DNA of 63,268 nt, counting the filler, from Octopus bimaculoides (Eukaryota), in NCBI RefSeq assembly GCF_001194135.2. It is 5 parts of 5 records of this genome, joined end to end, with 100 filler letters (N's around TTAATTAATTAA, not from the genome) between each part and the next. Parts side by side here need not be neighbours in the genome. Positions count along the whole stretch, not along the records: positions 24,886 to 36,398 come from NC_068985.1; positions 36,499 to 54,626 come from NC_068987.1; positions 54,727 to 58,819 come from NC_068993.1; 2 more parts are not named here. One strand, written 5' to 3'. The notes below the pieces were generated by a model that saw nothing but the letters and a program-made list of their open reading frames with translations, was not told where the DNA came from and made no database searches. Within the stretch, counting starts at the first letter, position 1; the number at the start of each line of letters is the position of its first letter. Below are positions 26,871 through 54,939 of the stretch, piece by piece. A program made the translations under genes and the position numbers.

Positions 26871-28589
26871 CACTAGAGGAGTTAAATCGCCCACGAGTTG
26901 ACTTCTCTCTGGTTATGTCTTGTCTCTTCTTTCTGGTGATCATTGCCAGGCCAAATTTAATTAACACTATGTCCAAATTCTAATTAATGAGTTAAATTAG
27001 TGTTTTCTTACTTTTCACTGGGCTCAAGAGTAACCTGAATAGCATGAACAGAGGGAGGTACAGATGTTATTATGTGAGACAATGTGGTCACTTTACCTGT
27101 TGGAAATAGCAGCCAGATTACCCTCAAATCACTTTCTACTGTCTCTTAGAAAAGACGCATTTGATGATGTATTTCTAGACATACTGTATCAGAAATACAG
27201 AACGACTGCTCAAGCTGAAATATCTTTGATCGTAGATTTGCTTGCTCAGGAATGGTCTGGGGCTAAATAATCAGAAATGTTTTATGTACATTATAAAATA
27301 AAAATCAATAGTGGCCTTTCCCACATAAAAACCAACAATCTCCTCAACATGGTATGGAGGTGAACCAGAAACTGGGCTAATGGTAGCAGTGGTACTTGAA
27401 TGATAATCTAAATAATAAATAATATAATATAATCTTAAGAAAAATAGAAATTTAAATGGAAAAAATCTCCTGTTTTACAGAAAAAGGGTTCAGCAAAATG
27501 TTCAAACTTTAAATTTTTCTAAAAAAAAAGTGTTGTTTTACAGAAAATGCTTTGATAAAATGTTAAGTCTTCAAAAGTTAGACTCAGAAAAATAAAAAAA
27601 TGTTAATTGGCATTTTGTTGCACTTTTTGAAATGCTTCATCTCATTAGCAAATGCATTTTGTTTTCAAAGGGGGTGGGGATACCACCACTTCAATCCCCT
27701 TTTATTAACAAATGAAGATTAACAATATCATTTCTTTTAGAAGTGCAAGTAGAATTTGATGTGGATTAAGAATGGAAGGAAACAAATAATGAAATGGGGG
27801 AGAGAAGAGAAAAAGAAGGAGAGGAAGAGAGGAGAAAAACAAAGGTAGTTCCAGAAAGAAGCAGAATGATGTAAGGTGAATGATGGAATGAAGAAGAGAA
27901 AAGGAAAGGAAGGAGGATGAGAGAAAATGAAAAGAAGAGGAGAGAGAAAAGAAAAAAAGTGAGATAAGCCTGGGAAGTAGGATGATGACCCAGATGAAGA
28001 GAAAGGATTGAAAAATGGAATGGAGGAGAGAAAAGGAAAAAAAAAAAGAAGATAAAGAGAAGAGTTTATTATTAAAACTATTTTCTTCAAAAAAGTGCAA
28101 CAATAAGAATTTTTTTATTTTTCCAATTCTAGTTTCTAACTTCTGAAGCCTCAACATTCTAACTTCCGAAGGCTCATAATTTGAAGAAAAGCAACAAAAA
28201 TGTATTAGGTTATAGCAGTACGTACGTTTCGTACAAGCTTCATTTATTTATGTAGTGAGAACACCACATAAGATGTGCAATGAAAATGTACTCCTCAGCT
28301 GCATAATGGAAGTTCATTTCAGAAAGCCATTTTGTAAATGTGTGCAAATACAAGAGTAGGAGATGAAGAGAATACCGTCTTGACTGGGCTGCTAATCAAC
28401 AGTCTAGACTGACCACACATGTGATGTTAAATGGTCTAGATAGATGGCTATTTACTTGAACTACTGAGTGGATGTCACTGTATAAAGCAGTGATCCAACC
28501 ACAGAAGACTGGACTGAAATTAGCCAGACTAATGACAGCCTCCAAGTATCAATGATCAACCCTATCGAAAGCTTTTGATTGATCCAAAT

Positions 28590-31500
28590 TGATCAGTGCC
28601 CCGCCCATACCAGGTTCCTTAAGTACTCTGTCTGTGATGTAGCACATGAGGTGGAGGTTGTCATGGATACTTCTGCCTGGCATGGCACATGTTTACGCCT
28701 TGTCAACCAGTTTCTCGATGATAAGTGCCAACCTCTCGGCTAGCACCTTGGCCAAAACTTTCAAATCTGCATTGAGCAGAGTGATGGGCCAGAAATTATC
28801 TATAATGTTCTCCTTGTTTAGGTCTTTCTTTAGCAGAGCCACCACTCCTCAGCTCACAAAACAGGGGATACTCCCGTTTTGCTGCCAGTTGCAGTAGACT
28901 GTTGCCAAGACATCTTCAAATAAGTCTGGCATATGACAATAAAGCTCATAGGCCAGACCATCCAAGCCTGGCAACTTGTCTCTCATGCAGCCTGCCATTG
29001 CATTCCATACATCAGCGGCTGTAATGGGACTTTCACAACTCTCCGCCTGCTTTGCCAAGAGTCATGGCAAGCCATGCAAGTAGGCACTAAAGTTTATCCT
29101 GCATTCCGGCCCACCAGTTGATGGAAGGCCTCACACATCCTTTCAGGCGTAAGTAACTTGTGTCTCTGTTGATCTATCAAAGACCAAATGGTGGCTTTGT
29201 TGTCACGTTGCACCTCCACCATTTGGGCCTCTCGGGTGGCTCCAGTTCCCTCATTTCTTAAGGCACACATCCTAGCTCTGACAATGCAACCTTTGTGTTT
29301 GGCATTGAAGTGTTGATCAAGGACCAACCTTGCCACCAGCATGTTGGTCACAATGTCACTTCTAAGTGTCCCTTCTAATTTTTTAACTAGGTCTCCCTCT
29401 ATTCTATTTCAATCTCTCGCTTTAATTGCCCTCTTTAGGGTAAATCACCGTATGTCTTTGATGATGGCTCCCGTCAGTGCCCTCCTAACTAATGTGCTAA
29501 TCCGGTCTCTGTAAGCTTGTTGCACCAGGAGTGATATGTTCAGCTTCCAGTATCCGGGACCCTGCTTATTATTCTTATCTAAGTCGAGCATACAAGTCAT
29601 GAATTTGTGATCTGTGTAACTGACTATGTGAAACTGTGGACAAACTACACTATCCCTATCTACTGTCTCACAGAATACTCTATCTAAATATGATCTGGAT
29701 GATCCAATGCTGTTGGTCCCTTTCCACATTGGCACGTTCAGGTAGTTCAGCTGGTACCTGTCAGACAGTTGGAAACATCTGAGCAGATCTTTGAGGCATT
29801 TGCATCCCCTTCTCTTCCTATCTCTCCCTACATATTCTAGACGTGTGTCCAAGATAGCATTCCAATCTCCTACTAAAAGTAAAGATTGAGACATTCCCAG
29901 GAAAACCTCTAGACGTCAAAAGAAATCCAACCAACTTAAGGATGGTGCGTGTACCGTTATCAGTCAGAGAGTACACCCATTAATGCCATCAACATCCAAG
30001 ACAACCAGCCTACCCTCTGGGTCTAGGAATACTGCCCTTACTTTGGGATCCAGACCCTTTTGAAAAAGCACTGTGGTGCCACCACCACCCATTCTTGACA
30101 GACACAGAGAAAAATAAATGTCGAATTGTCTGCTGAACATGGGCTTGAGGGTCCGCAGGCTGGAGAGTCTGGTTTCACTGATGGCTGTAATATCTACATT
30201 TAGTGGTTTGATGTCATTCAACAGGTAGCCTTATCTCCAAGGCGACCCCCCCGACACACACACACACACACATTTATAATATCTAGTCTGAGCATGGACC
30301 TAGTGAAAGTTGTGCTTTACACACAAAGAGAGAAAAGAGTCACTTGCTGTTCAAAAACAGGGTGTTCTCCTCAGAAGTTTCTGTGAGGAGGTTTTTGTAA
30401 AGTTTTTTGACAAATGTTTTTGAAATCTCCTTACTGCATTAGGGTAGAGAGATTTCATGATTTTGTGTGTGCTTTGTGTAGTGTTTAAAATTTGTATGTG
30501 TTGTGGTGGTGTTGTGTATGGGTGTTTTTTTTTTTTTCAAATTGTTTCCTGTGATGTCAGTGTGAGACCTGATGCATTGCATCAGGTCCAAATTGTTGGT
30601 GTTGACTGCAGTTAGCATTGTGGGGCCACTTGGCACGTTTATGTGTTTGTAGTGTTGGTGCTGGTATTGTTAATGTGTGTGGAAATGTTGACATTGGGAG
30701 TGGTGTATCTCCCTGCTTTGTTTGACAGAGTGATCATTCTATTTTTTTTCCCTTTTTTCTTCTTCCCCCGTGGCCATTTGCCATTCTTCTGTGTCGCCTT
30801 CACCAGACTACATGTCGGAGGAATCAGAATATTGAAAGGGAAGGGTATTGGGGTCGATTTGTGTGTGTGTGTTGATGATGTTGCTGTTGTTAGTGCTGGT
30901 TGGTGGCTGTTGGGATGTGTTGTATAAGTAGCTGGAGGTGAGAGGTTAGTCTTTTTCTTCTTTTCTGGCTTTGGTGCTTCTGTAGCTGTTGTTGTTTGTT
31001 GGTGGTGGTGATGGTGGTGTCGATTGGTTGGGTTGGTTGAGTTGGTTGGCTGATTGGTTGGTTGGTGGAGCTGTTTCATCTGTTGTTGCTGCTGTAGTTG
31101 TGCTGATGGTGATGTGAGTAACAGTGCTGGTTTTGTGTTGGTTTTTTTTCTTTTTGGTGTTGTTGTTGTCCCTGTACTGTTGGACACAGTCGAACGCAAG
31201 GTGGTTTTTGCTACCACAAAGGTGACAATGTGACCGTTTGCCTTCATCGGCCACATGTAGGTTTGTGCTGTCCAGCAGTTTTACTAAGTCTGGGACAGAT
31301 TCGATCTCTTTTGATCCACTTGGATTAAGTGCTTGGTCTAACCCAGTTTTGCTGCTCCAGGACAGCAATTTCTAACATATTAATTGCCTCCTTGAAATCA
31401 TAGCAGAAGGCTGACACCAGCCATCGTATTTCTATCTCAGGGCGCACATCTTTGATTTTTATTTTCGTCACATGATGACCAAGGTATGTAGGAATCATGA

Positions 31501-32070
31501 TGATTTCCTCACATTTAAGTGGCTTAGTGGAATGTTCTTTTGCTTGTTCCTGTTTATTGAACCTTACTTTGACAGTGGAAAATCTTTTGCGCCTGGTAAT
31601 ATATTTTCTAAATGCCCATACAGGCCTTAAGCACTTTTCCACTGTTTGTTGAGTGGTATGTTCCAACCTTTTTGTTTTTATGTTTATTGTTTTATAAATT
31701 ATTGTTTTTGTTTTTTTTAAATGTCCTGCAAAATGTCTTTTGGTGTGTGTAATTTTATTGTTCTTTCTTCTTTGGTTAAAACTGACTTGCATTCTAACAA
31801 TTCTTGGGTCGAAAAAACATGAGTTGTCTCTTTTGCGTCAGAATAGAAGCAAAGTTGTTTTGTTTGTTCATGTTGGTGGTGATTATTTTCTTTCTTACTT
31901 GTTGCTATTAGCAGCAGAGGAAAGTCAACTTCCAAATTGGTTAGAGACGCTGTTAGTCTCAAAATAAAACAGATGGTCTACTTGTGTGTGTATGTGTGTG
32001 TTTATTTGCAATACACTGTACTGAGCTTTTTGATGATTTGAAATATAAAACACAGTGTTTACCTTATTAC
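28590..32070 (-). mobile_element. Degenerate Tx1/L1-clade LINE: ORF1 (zinc knuckle), APE endonuclease, start of RT; 3' end missing
   Basis: CHLCGSKNHLAFDC knuckle; VDITAISETRL, LVGDWNAILD, SRSYLDRV, YTDHK; PGLDGL..ELY, RPITLLNADLKVLAKVLA. Confidence 0.85.
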
Positions 32071-33062
32071 AAGCAAACAAAATATGTTTGCAGAAATGGT
32101 TTTCTCTCTCTTTAGGTGGAAACAATAGGATTAATTTATTAAGAAGTCATTGTTATCTGATGGTGCCTACTGGGTCAAAATGTAGGTAACCCTTTGTTTG
32201 ACATCTCCATGGAGAGCTGTAATGGGACTCTGTCTAATCTGAATAACCATATGATTAATCATCATTATCATTTAATTTTCATGTTCCATGTTGACATGGG
32301 TTGGATGGTTTGCCAGGATCTGATAGGCCCAAGAACTGCATCATGCTCCAGGATCTGCTTCCTAATGCCAACCACTTTATAGCAAGTATTGGGTGCTTTT
32401 TTAATGCCATCAGCACTAGTGAAGCCATCATCAGGTTGCAAAACTTTGAACCCCCAAGGGGTGGATGGCAAGCAATTTTATGCTTGGAGGTGAGAGGTAA
32501 CAGATATACACAGATTCATCTGAAAATGATTTAATAGAAATATTTAAGTTTTACATTAGCTTTAGTTTAATAAGACAAAACTAAGAGAACACCATTTACA
32601 TTCATAAAATTTCCAACCAGCCACTAGCTATAATTAGGAACATATATTCACATATTATCTTTCCCTTTAATTCAGAATAACTAATAGACTTTCTAACCAG
32701 CATTTAGACGGTACTATTTTCAATAAAGCAGCTAGAAATGGATTTAGTGAAAACTAGAAAGCATAAATTAAATGTCACTGTAATATAGCCAGAATTTCCT
32801 AACTTTAATAAGACATTTCTCACTTGTTCCCAAATTCCATAACTCTTCAATTCACATAACATTAAGGTGATTAAGGAAACATTGCTTCCATAATAAAATA
32901 CCACAGTTGCAAACACCATCTCCATACAGCCATCATTCCAAGAACCAACTTGTAACTGTTGAAATTCGTCTTTTTGTCCATTCAGGGGATTCTGTCTCTC
33001 ACTGAGCACCCATACCACTTCCAAATGGCATTGAAAGGAATTATATTCTTTTATTTGTTTCA

Positions 33063-33410
33063 TTCATTTGACTGCAGCCATGTTGGAGCACGCCTTTAGT
33101 TGAACAAATCAACCCCAGGACTTATTCTTTGTAAGCCTAGTACTTATTCTTTTGCCGAACTGCTAAGTTACAGGGATGTAAACACACCAACACCAGTTGT
33201 CAAGCGATGGTGGGGGTACAACACAGAAACACAAACACACACACACACATACACGATGGGCTTCTTTCAGTTTCTGTCTACCAAATCCACTCACAAGGCT
33301 TTGGTTAACCTGAGACTATAGTAGAAGACACTTGCCCAAGGTGCCATGCAGTGGGACTGAACCCAGTTGGTAAGTAAGCTACTTACCACACAGCCACTCC
33401 TGTGCCTATG
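33063..33410 (+). mobile_element. SINE-like repeat family 2
   Basis: gactgc.gccatg.tggagca..gaacaaatc.accccaggactt..gccgaac.gctaag..cttctttcagttt..gcccaaggtgcca.gcagtgggactgaaccc; second copy 59460-59810, fragments near 39410 and 22630. Confidence 0.8.
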
Positions 33411-34269
33411 TGTCTAACTAAAATCTTTCAAAGTTCATTTCCTTCAACATCTCTACTCATTCTGGTCAAGGAACAGGGAAACTTACAGTTTGTTTGGAAA
33501 CAGTGATTGGAGACCGGCATACCCTCTAGTAAAATGGAAATAGGCTGGTCCTATCAATGTTGTCCCATTTCTATTTTATTGGAGGGCATGCTAGTCTCCA
33601 ATCACTGTAAGAACTATAAGCTTTACTTAATTAAGAAGTACCAGAGACTGAAGCAACCTGTGAAATCACATTACTTCTTAAAAAATTTCCAGTTGCTCCA
33701 AAATCACAATTCCTAAAAATTAGCTTTAGCCAGTTCTAATCAGCAATGTGAAGTAAATTCCCTTGAAAACAATACCATTAGAGTGAAATGCCTGTTTTTG
33801 TATTACTATAGAACAAGTTGTAGATTTACAACAAATCTAATTACATTTTAGCTTCAACCAATGAGAAGGCTTTATGGATATAATGCCTTCTGCCATTTTT
33901 AACATTAATTCACACTATCATCTGAAATATGTTTTTTCCAATAAATGTGCATATATAAACAAACACTGTATCACTGTATACGAGTGTTTTGATGTGGAGA
34001 ACTAACTTGAGAAGACAAAATTTACAAGTGAAATGTTATTTCTATCAAGATTTGGTAAATAAATGCAAACTGATATAATTGCGCCAAAAAATGATGATAT
34101 TATGACTGAGATGAATTTTAAAATATTGAAAAAGTTTTCTACTTTGGAAAAAAAATGTCTTTTCAACTACCATGATAATGAAAATATATTTTATCCCTAA
34201 GGTGAATTAAAAAATAGCTTTTTCATAAATTGAGTGGACAGAAATATAAACATTTATCATTATATATAA

Positions 34270-35830
34270 TATACTAGCAGAGATACTCGGCGTTGCCCGT
34301 GTTACATGCAAATGAAGGATGAGACTTTTCTCTTATATTTTGTGTAAGGAACTGGAATACATATGATTCGAATTTCATCAAAATTGCACATGAGGGTTCT
34401 TTCCCTCTTTACACACCCTAAAAAAATTCTAATCATGAGACATGTATCCCATATTATTGATATTTATGCACATATTCCAAAAGTTCATTCTTCTGGAACC
34501 TGTAAAAAGGATTTTGCTCCTGAAAAATGGAGCTCATGGAGCTCTAAAATGTGGGAATGAAGGCCCCTATTGGGGTTTGAGTGTGTTAATGTCAACCAGA
34601 GAAGTTGAATTGTTGGGAATGTTTTTAACTTGGGTCTTATAGTATGCCTGTATATATGTGAGAGTATAGTTTCACTTTAATAGTTTCAGTATGAAATTGA
34701 AAGTATTAAAGTGAAAGTATTTGAAATTACAGTAGCGACACGTTGTTGTTTCACTTTTGACATGTAATACTGAAATAGTGGAATAGTTTCAGTGTTAAAG
34801 TAAAAGTATCTGACATTACAGTAGAGTGATGTTATTGTTTCAGTTTTAACACATTATACTGAAATAGTGGAGGGATATGATATTGCTGTGGGCTCGAACT
34901 ATGCAAGAAGTTAAACATTTTTTTGGCCTAAGACACTACATGGACCCTAAGTAAGGCATGTGTTAATTTGGAATGAAATTGGTTGTGTAGTTCTCAAGTT
35001 TTAGGGATTCACACACACACACATTCTCATCTTTATATATCTGATATTTATGCACACATTCCAAAATTCCAGTGTTATGGACCCTGTAAAAAGGATTGTG
35101 CTCCTGAAAAATGGAGCTCATGGAGCTAAAAAATGTCGGAGTTAAGGCCTCTATTGGTGGTGGGTGTATTAATGTCAACCAAAGAAGTTGAATTGTTGGG
35201 AATGTTTTTAACTTGGGTCTAATATGTATTGTTTGAATTTCTTTGAAATAGGAAATATATGTATGTTCACTGGGTTTGTAAAAGAGAGCAAAGCTACAGA
35301 AAACCAAAAGACGAATGATCACGATAATCATTCAGCTACCCTAGCCTAGTTGTTACTACTCCTCAATGTAGGATTCCTCACCATACAGGTGACAGGCACA
35401 GCTGTAAGATGCATTATGGATCTATAGCAATTGGAAGGGCATGACCCAATTGAAATAACAACGTGTGATGTTTGGAGTGAAGGGAAATGAAAGTGTTGCC
35501 TCTGGAGTTTGCAAATGACCACTATACCGATAGGTAACTGGGCAGAAAAAATTTACAATCAATAAATGTCTTAGAACAACNNNNNNNNNNCAACTGTATT
35601 CGTCTTTGCTTAGGAAAAATGACTAAATTGTGGGTGTGAAGTCCCCATGAAGGGGTCTTTGTAATTTCTAAGAAGAAATTTTAGAAATATTACTTTATTT
35701 GTGTGTAATATGTATGGTTAAAATTTCATCAACATCAAAAATATATGAATTTTCATGGGGGTTATGGCCGTTATCCATAGAATATAATTTCCAAATTTCA
35801 TAAAGATCTATTCAGTACTTTTGACGTAGT
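34270..35830. mobile_element. Possible Helentron/HINE-like non-autonomous element with ~200-bp internal direct repeats
   Basis: Starts ACTAGCAGAGATACTCGGCGTTGCCCG; 34440-34645 is repeated at 35040-35225; ends uncertain. Confidence 0.4.
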
Positions 35831-36029
35831 TTTGGATAAAAAAAAACAAATGATTAATTTATGTGTTTGTGTGCATGTGTATGTGTGTGTATGGGTGTAT
35901 ATATGTATAGATATCTGTATGCATGTATATATGTGTACATATTACATGTACATCTATCTATATATATATATATACATCTACACATATGTAAACATATACA
36001 TGTATGCATATAGCTGTATATTTATATAT

Positions 36030-36400
36030 CAGAGTGTAAGTATCTTGAGAGAAAAGCTGAACATAAGAAGCATCAGTAGTGGTGTGCAAGAGAGACGATT
36101 GCGCTGGTTTGGACATGTGGTGAGAATGAATGAGGATAGCTGCGCGAAAAAGTGCCACTCCCTAACGGTTGAGGGAACCCGTGGAAGAGGTAGGCCCAGG
36201 AAGACCTGGGCTGAGGTGGTGAGGCAAGACCTTCAAACATTGGGCCTCACCGAGGCGATGACTACTGACCGAGACCTTTGGAAATGTGCTGTGCGTGAGA
36301 AGACCCGGCAAGCCAAGTGAGATCGTTGCCAGGGCCCCTGGACTGGCTCTTGTGCGGGTGGCACATAAGATGTACCATCCTGAGCGTGACCGTTGCCANN
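36030..36400 (+). mobile_element. RTE-like LINE 3' end
   Basis: REKLNI..VQERRLRWFGHVVRM..GRGRPRKTWAEVVRQDL..DRDLWK. Confidence 0.85.
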
Positions 36401-37176
36401 NNNNNNNNNNNNNNNNNNNNNNNNNNNNNNNNNNNNNNNNNNTTAATTAATTAANNNNNNNNNNNNNNNNNNNNNNNNNNNNNNNNNNNNNNNNNNNNTG
36501 GTATATCAGAATAAATGTAAATAACATTTGTCTACATAGACTACGATTTTAAACAAAAACACGTGTGTTAATAATTTATCTGCTGAAGATAGAATTAAGA
36601 AAATTCCCTTGTTTGTTATTTTAAGAGTTTAAATGATTTTTTAAATTAATTGCTGAATAACCATAACAATTAGTAAAAGAGAAACTCATTGTATAACGTA
36701 TATGAGATTTTACTTCTTTTATTTAGTATACAGAATGTTTCTATGAGGTATTTTTTCTCTATCATAATGTTGATATTTCTAAGTGCCACTACAGTCCTTA
36801 GTGCTGTGGATGTCGAATACCAAAACATATCCTATGGTTTCGTCCAACTGGCTTTAATGATCTTACTGGAATTATCATTCTTCATTGTTGTTTTATATTT
36901 GAAACATCCGTAGATGAAAAATGTCCGCTCACTATTTGAATTATCTCAACTGATCGAAAATGTTTGGCTCAGTATATTGTGTATGTGAGACACTATCGAC
37001 TTTATATAAGCAATGATTCGCAGCATGGTAAGAAAAAAGAAATATATGACCTCATAATGTTTTTAATATTCAATATACTATTCATATAAAATAATTATTC
37101 TATCTACGAAGCCTAATATTTAATACCTGTAACAAAATTACAAGGTTTAACGTCGAATACAAAACTCATTCCTAAC

Positions 37177-51299
<14,123 letters not shown>

Positions 51300-52566
51300 C
51301 TAATAAAAGTAACTTAAATTAATTAAAGTAATTCTATGCTTGTTTTCTAAATAATTTCGAGCACAAATATTGACGTAGTGCGGATGATGAGCAGACTTAA
51401 AATTATTAGCTAGTAAATTTTTCATCGATGATAATGGAAATGAATGGAATTGGTTTATCTTGAATGTTGCGCAATCATTTTAAAGATTAAAAGTTCAGTG
51501 ATGATATTTTACCAGTGATAATTTCTCTCTTTAGTACTAGTAGGAAGATGAGATATGAAACATAATTGGTGGATTAATCACTAATTTTATCAACCCCAAG
51601 TGACATGAGTAATACATACAAAGGAATTCTGCTTGCATACCTAGGATGATATTGTTGCGAGATATCATCTAAAAGAAGGCCGTTACACTGACTGACAAAG
51701 ACCAAACTCACGAACACACTCCATCTATTGGTTCATAGATATTTTGTGTCCTCACCGCCTAAACTATAGTTATTACAATAGCGTCTGCCCCTCTAATCAA
51801 AACTAGTTATATATGACCCTCTTTCAGACACACTCCTCACCTACTACTTTGTCACATTCCTTGCAACTTACACAAACCACGTTTCTTCAAATGCATTCGA
51901 AAATAGTATTGTAAACACTTTTTGGCACAAATTCAGGAAATTATTTTACAATCTTTAAAATCTTGTAGAAGTGACTTGTAGTTGTTCTCAAATGTCACTA
52001 GGAAATGCATTATGATTCTTTCTACATCTCTTTTCCTTTTCCATTTCTGATCTAAAAGTCAATAACATTCTTATAAATCGTGTAACCACTTTCTGAAAAT
52101 AGATACATATATTAATAGGTCCAACTTACACAGAGTACAAATGACTGAGAAAATTAAAGTTTGAACCTTTTGAGCAAACTTAGACTCCGATGTCTTTACG
52201 GAAGGTCATTCCACAAGGTAAAAAAAGGTTATAAGAGGGATCAAGTTGAGCGGGCGTAGAGACAATTATGCGGATAGACAAATTAGACACATCAAATATA
52301 TTAAATATTAAATATTCCATCTTTGAACTTCTCTGCATTATGATCTGAAATATTAGATCTTCTTTACCCTGATGTTATCCAATGTCTTATCCAATGTTAA
52401 CTGCATCCATAACGGCCGCAAATTGAACTAAATCTACCAACATTATTATGGATTGCTAAGTATCCGGAAACAGCTGTTGGACTTATAACACCTTTCTTCC
52501 TCCCCTTTGATTTTCTCAGTCGTTTGTACTCTGTGTAAGTTGTACCTATTAATATAAGTATCTATA

Positions 52567-53010
52567 TACGAAGGTAAGTCAAAAATAATCCGCACTTTCG
52601 CCATAACATATCTTTATTATTGTCATACTGCCTTCAGCGCATGCGTGCTTATAGTTGGTACTATTGTGGGTATGTGATCGAAGGTTGGGCCTGATCACGC
52701 CATGGTTTCTCTGGCTTTATGGTTTTAGTATGGCCTCTCCACTAGCAATGTGCACTGAAGAAGAACAAAGAGCAGTGATCCGAGAGACGGTAATGGTGAA
52801 CTGGTCCCCGCGTTGTGCTAAAAGCCTTCGTTGTACTTCAACACCTGACACACCTTCCGACCAGAGAAATCGGATCACTGCTCTTTGTTCTTTGGTGCAC
52901 ATTGCTAGTTGAGCGGCTATGCCTACACTGTAAAGCCGGAAAGGAAAATAGCGCAATTAGGCTCAAGCTTCAATCACGTGACTACAATAGTACCAACTAT
53001 AAGGCCGCAT
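52567..53010. mobile_element. Mariner-derived fold-back element: two transposase 5' ends in inverted orientation
   Basis: TA + TACGAAGGTAAGTCAAAAATAATCCGCAC TIR-like start; both strands encode MCT(E)EEQRAVIR, and one continues FLWSEGVSGVEVQRRLLAQ (mariner HTH start); arms ~52635-52792 and 52868-53010. Confidence 0.75.
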
Positions 53011-53156
53011 GCGCAGAAAGCAGCGTGACAAGTCTCCACTTTTTACTTTCTCTCGTTTTATATATGCATATATGCATATTTTGTATTTCATACCCAAACT
53101 AATATATTTGATATATTTGATGTCTCTAATTCGTTTATCCGCATAATTACCCCCCC

Positions 53157-53205
<49 letters not shown>

Positions 53206-53344
53206 TTAATTAGAGGTTGTGTTAACCTCATGAAGGGATGGTTTCATCCAAGGAAATACTGGTTCAATACCTAATATTTTGGGAGAATCAATTTCCTTAA
53301 AATAATAGGTATATATATAAAAACATATAGATTATATTCATATA

Positions 53345-53962
53345 AAAGAAGAAAGAGAAAATGGAGATTGGGAAGTTAATTGTTTATTTTTAATAGCAAG
53401 TTAATAATCATCCCTTACAACTGTTTCAATTAATACTCAATAAATATTAAACTTATATAACCTAAGCATATCTTCAGAGGAAAAGAGTATACCCTTGGAT
53501 ATGTTATATGTTTATGGATTCCATATAGCAGACTGAATGATAGGGTTTATGATTAATATTGTTATATGTTCGGATAAAGTTTCATAACTTTATCTATAAC
53601 TTATAAACGAATATTCTATTCTTTTATTAACTATAAACTTACCTTATTTATATTTAAATTTCCTTTATCATCTCGATTTAATTTATTCATTTTTTTGTTC
53701 TAATTCTATTTACCTAATCTATCTTATCTCCAATCAACCTGTAAACCCCTCTCCGTATCATTCAGTCTGCTATAATGAATCCATAAATTCATATAAACAT
53801 CCAAGGGTATATTTTTTTCCGTCTGAAGATATTATGCTCAGGTCATATAAATTTAATATTTCCTTAATGAGTATGAATCGAAACAACTGTAATAGATGAT
53901 GATTAATTTGCTGTTGATAATTAACTTTCCAATTTCCATTTTCTTTTTCTTCTGATATATAT
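53345..53962. repeat. Diverged inverted repeat (~200-bp arms)
   Basis: 53345-53545 matches the reverse complement of ~53745-53962 (gaaaatgga.attgg.aagttaatt..atatcttcaga..tatacccttggat..tatagcagactgaatgata). Confidence 0.7.
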
Positions 53963-54431
53963 NNNNNNNNNNNNNNNNNNNNNNNNNNNNNNNNNNNNNN
54001 NNNNNNNNNNNNNNNNNNNNNNNNNNNNNNNNNNNNNNNNNNNNNNNNNNNNNNNNNNNNNNCGGAAAAACACACTTTCACACAAACACACAAACACGCA
54101 TACACACACACAAACACACACACACACGCACAGATGGACACACTTAAAGTGTTCAACCATGACATACGCGTAAATATTTCTCCACAAAATCATTGCTTTG
54201 ACAAACGTTGTTACATTGATGGGAAGAACAAGCGAAAGCGGGAATTACAGGACGATGATGTATCTGTTCCATTAAGTGCCGCAGACATGTCTCCACATCG
54301 TAAATATAGAATGTATTGGAAGCGAATTTATCGGACGTTATAGAACGTATTGCAAGTGATATATAATTACATCGTATATATAAAATGTAGATATGGTGTG
54401 TGCGTTTGTGTATTGTGCATGTTTGTTTGTG

Positions 54432-54473
<42 letters not shown>

Positions 54474-54482
54474 TGTGAGTGT

Positions 54483-54513
<31 letters not shown>

Positions 54514-54858
54514 CATGTGTCTGCGTGTGTGTGTATGTCTGTGTTTCAGTGTGTGTCTTTGTGTGCGTTTTTCTGAATACTAATATAATGAAATTATATA
54601 TATTGCCTTCACAAACGCAAGCTTCTNNNNNNNNNNNNNNNNNNNNNNNNNNNNNNNNNNNNNNNNNNNNTTAATTAATTAANNNNNNNNNNNNNNNNNN
54701 NNNNNNNNNNNNNNNNNNNNNNNNNNGGAAGTGGAACAAGGAGGAAGGGACAGAAGGGTATAGCAGTGAAGTAGAGGCCAGGACAGAGGTATAGATCGAA
54801 AGATGGAGGAAGACAGTTAGATAAATAGATAGAAAGATAGATAGATAGATAGATAGAC

Positions 54859-54893
<35 letters not shown>

Positions 54894-54939
54894 AAGATAA
54901 TATATATATATATATACACACACACATATGCTAGTAGCT

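Noticed and set aside
27064-27270. 68-aa ORF MLLCETMWS..AQEWSGAK
   Set aside because: No recognisable motif or partner exon; the minus-strand AG..GT reading has stops in all three frames.
32317-32489. Apparent plus-strand exon (cag..GTGAG) encoding GSDRPKNCIMLQDLLP..GGWQAILCLE
   Set aside because: Its reverse complement is a decayed SINE family 1 copy (aaaagcaccca..ggcattaggaag..aaaccatccaacccatg..gatgat); the open frame is coincidental.
36650-36980. Possible 14th or terminal exon downstream of exon 13
   Set aside because: Phase-1 readings stop within ~25 codons and lack repeat motifs; may simply be 3' UTR or intron.
51950-52092. Possible extra minus-strand exon just upstream of repeat exon 1
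   Set aside because: No similarity to the repeat consensus and only a poor donor (T/GTAAAA).
54134-54343. 69-aa ORF MDTLKVFNH.. between microsatellites
   Set aside because: No family motif, no supporting neighbouring exons and only weak splice signals.
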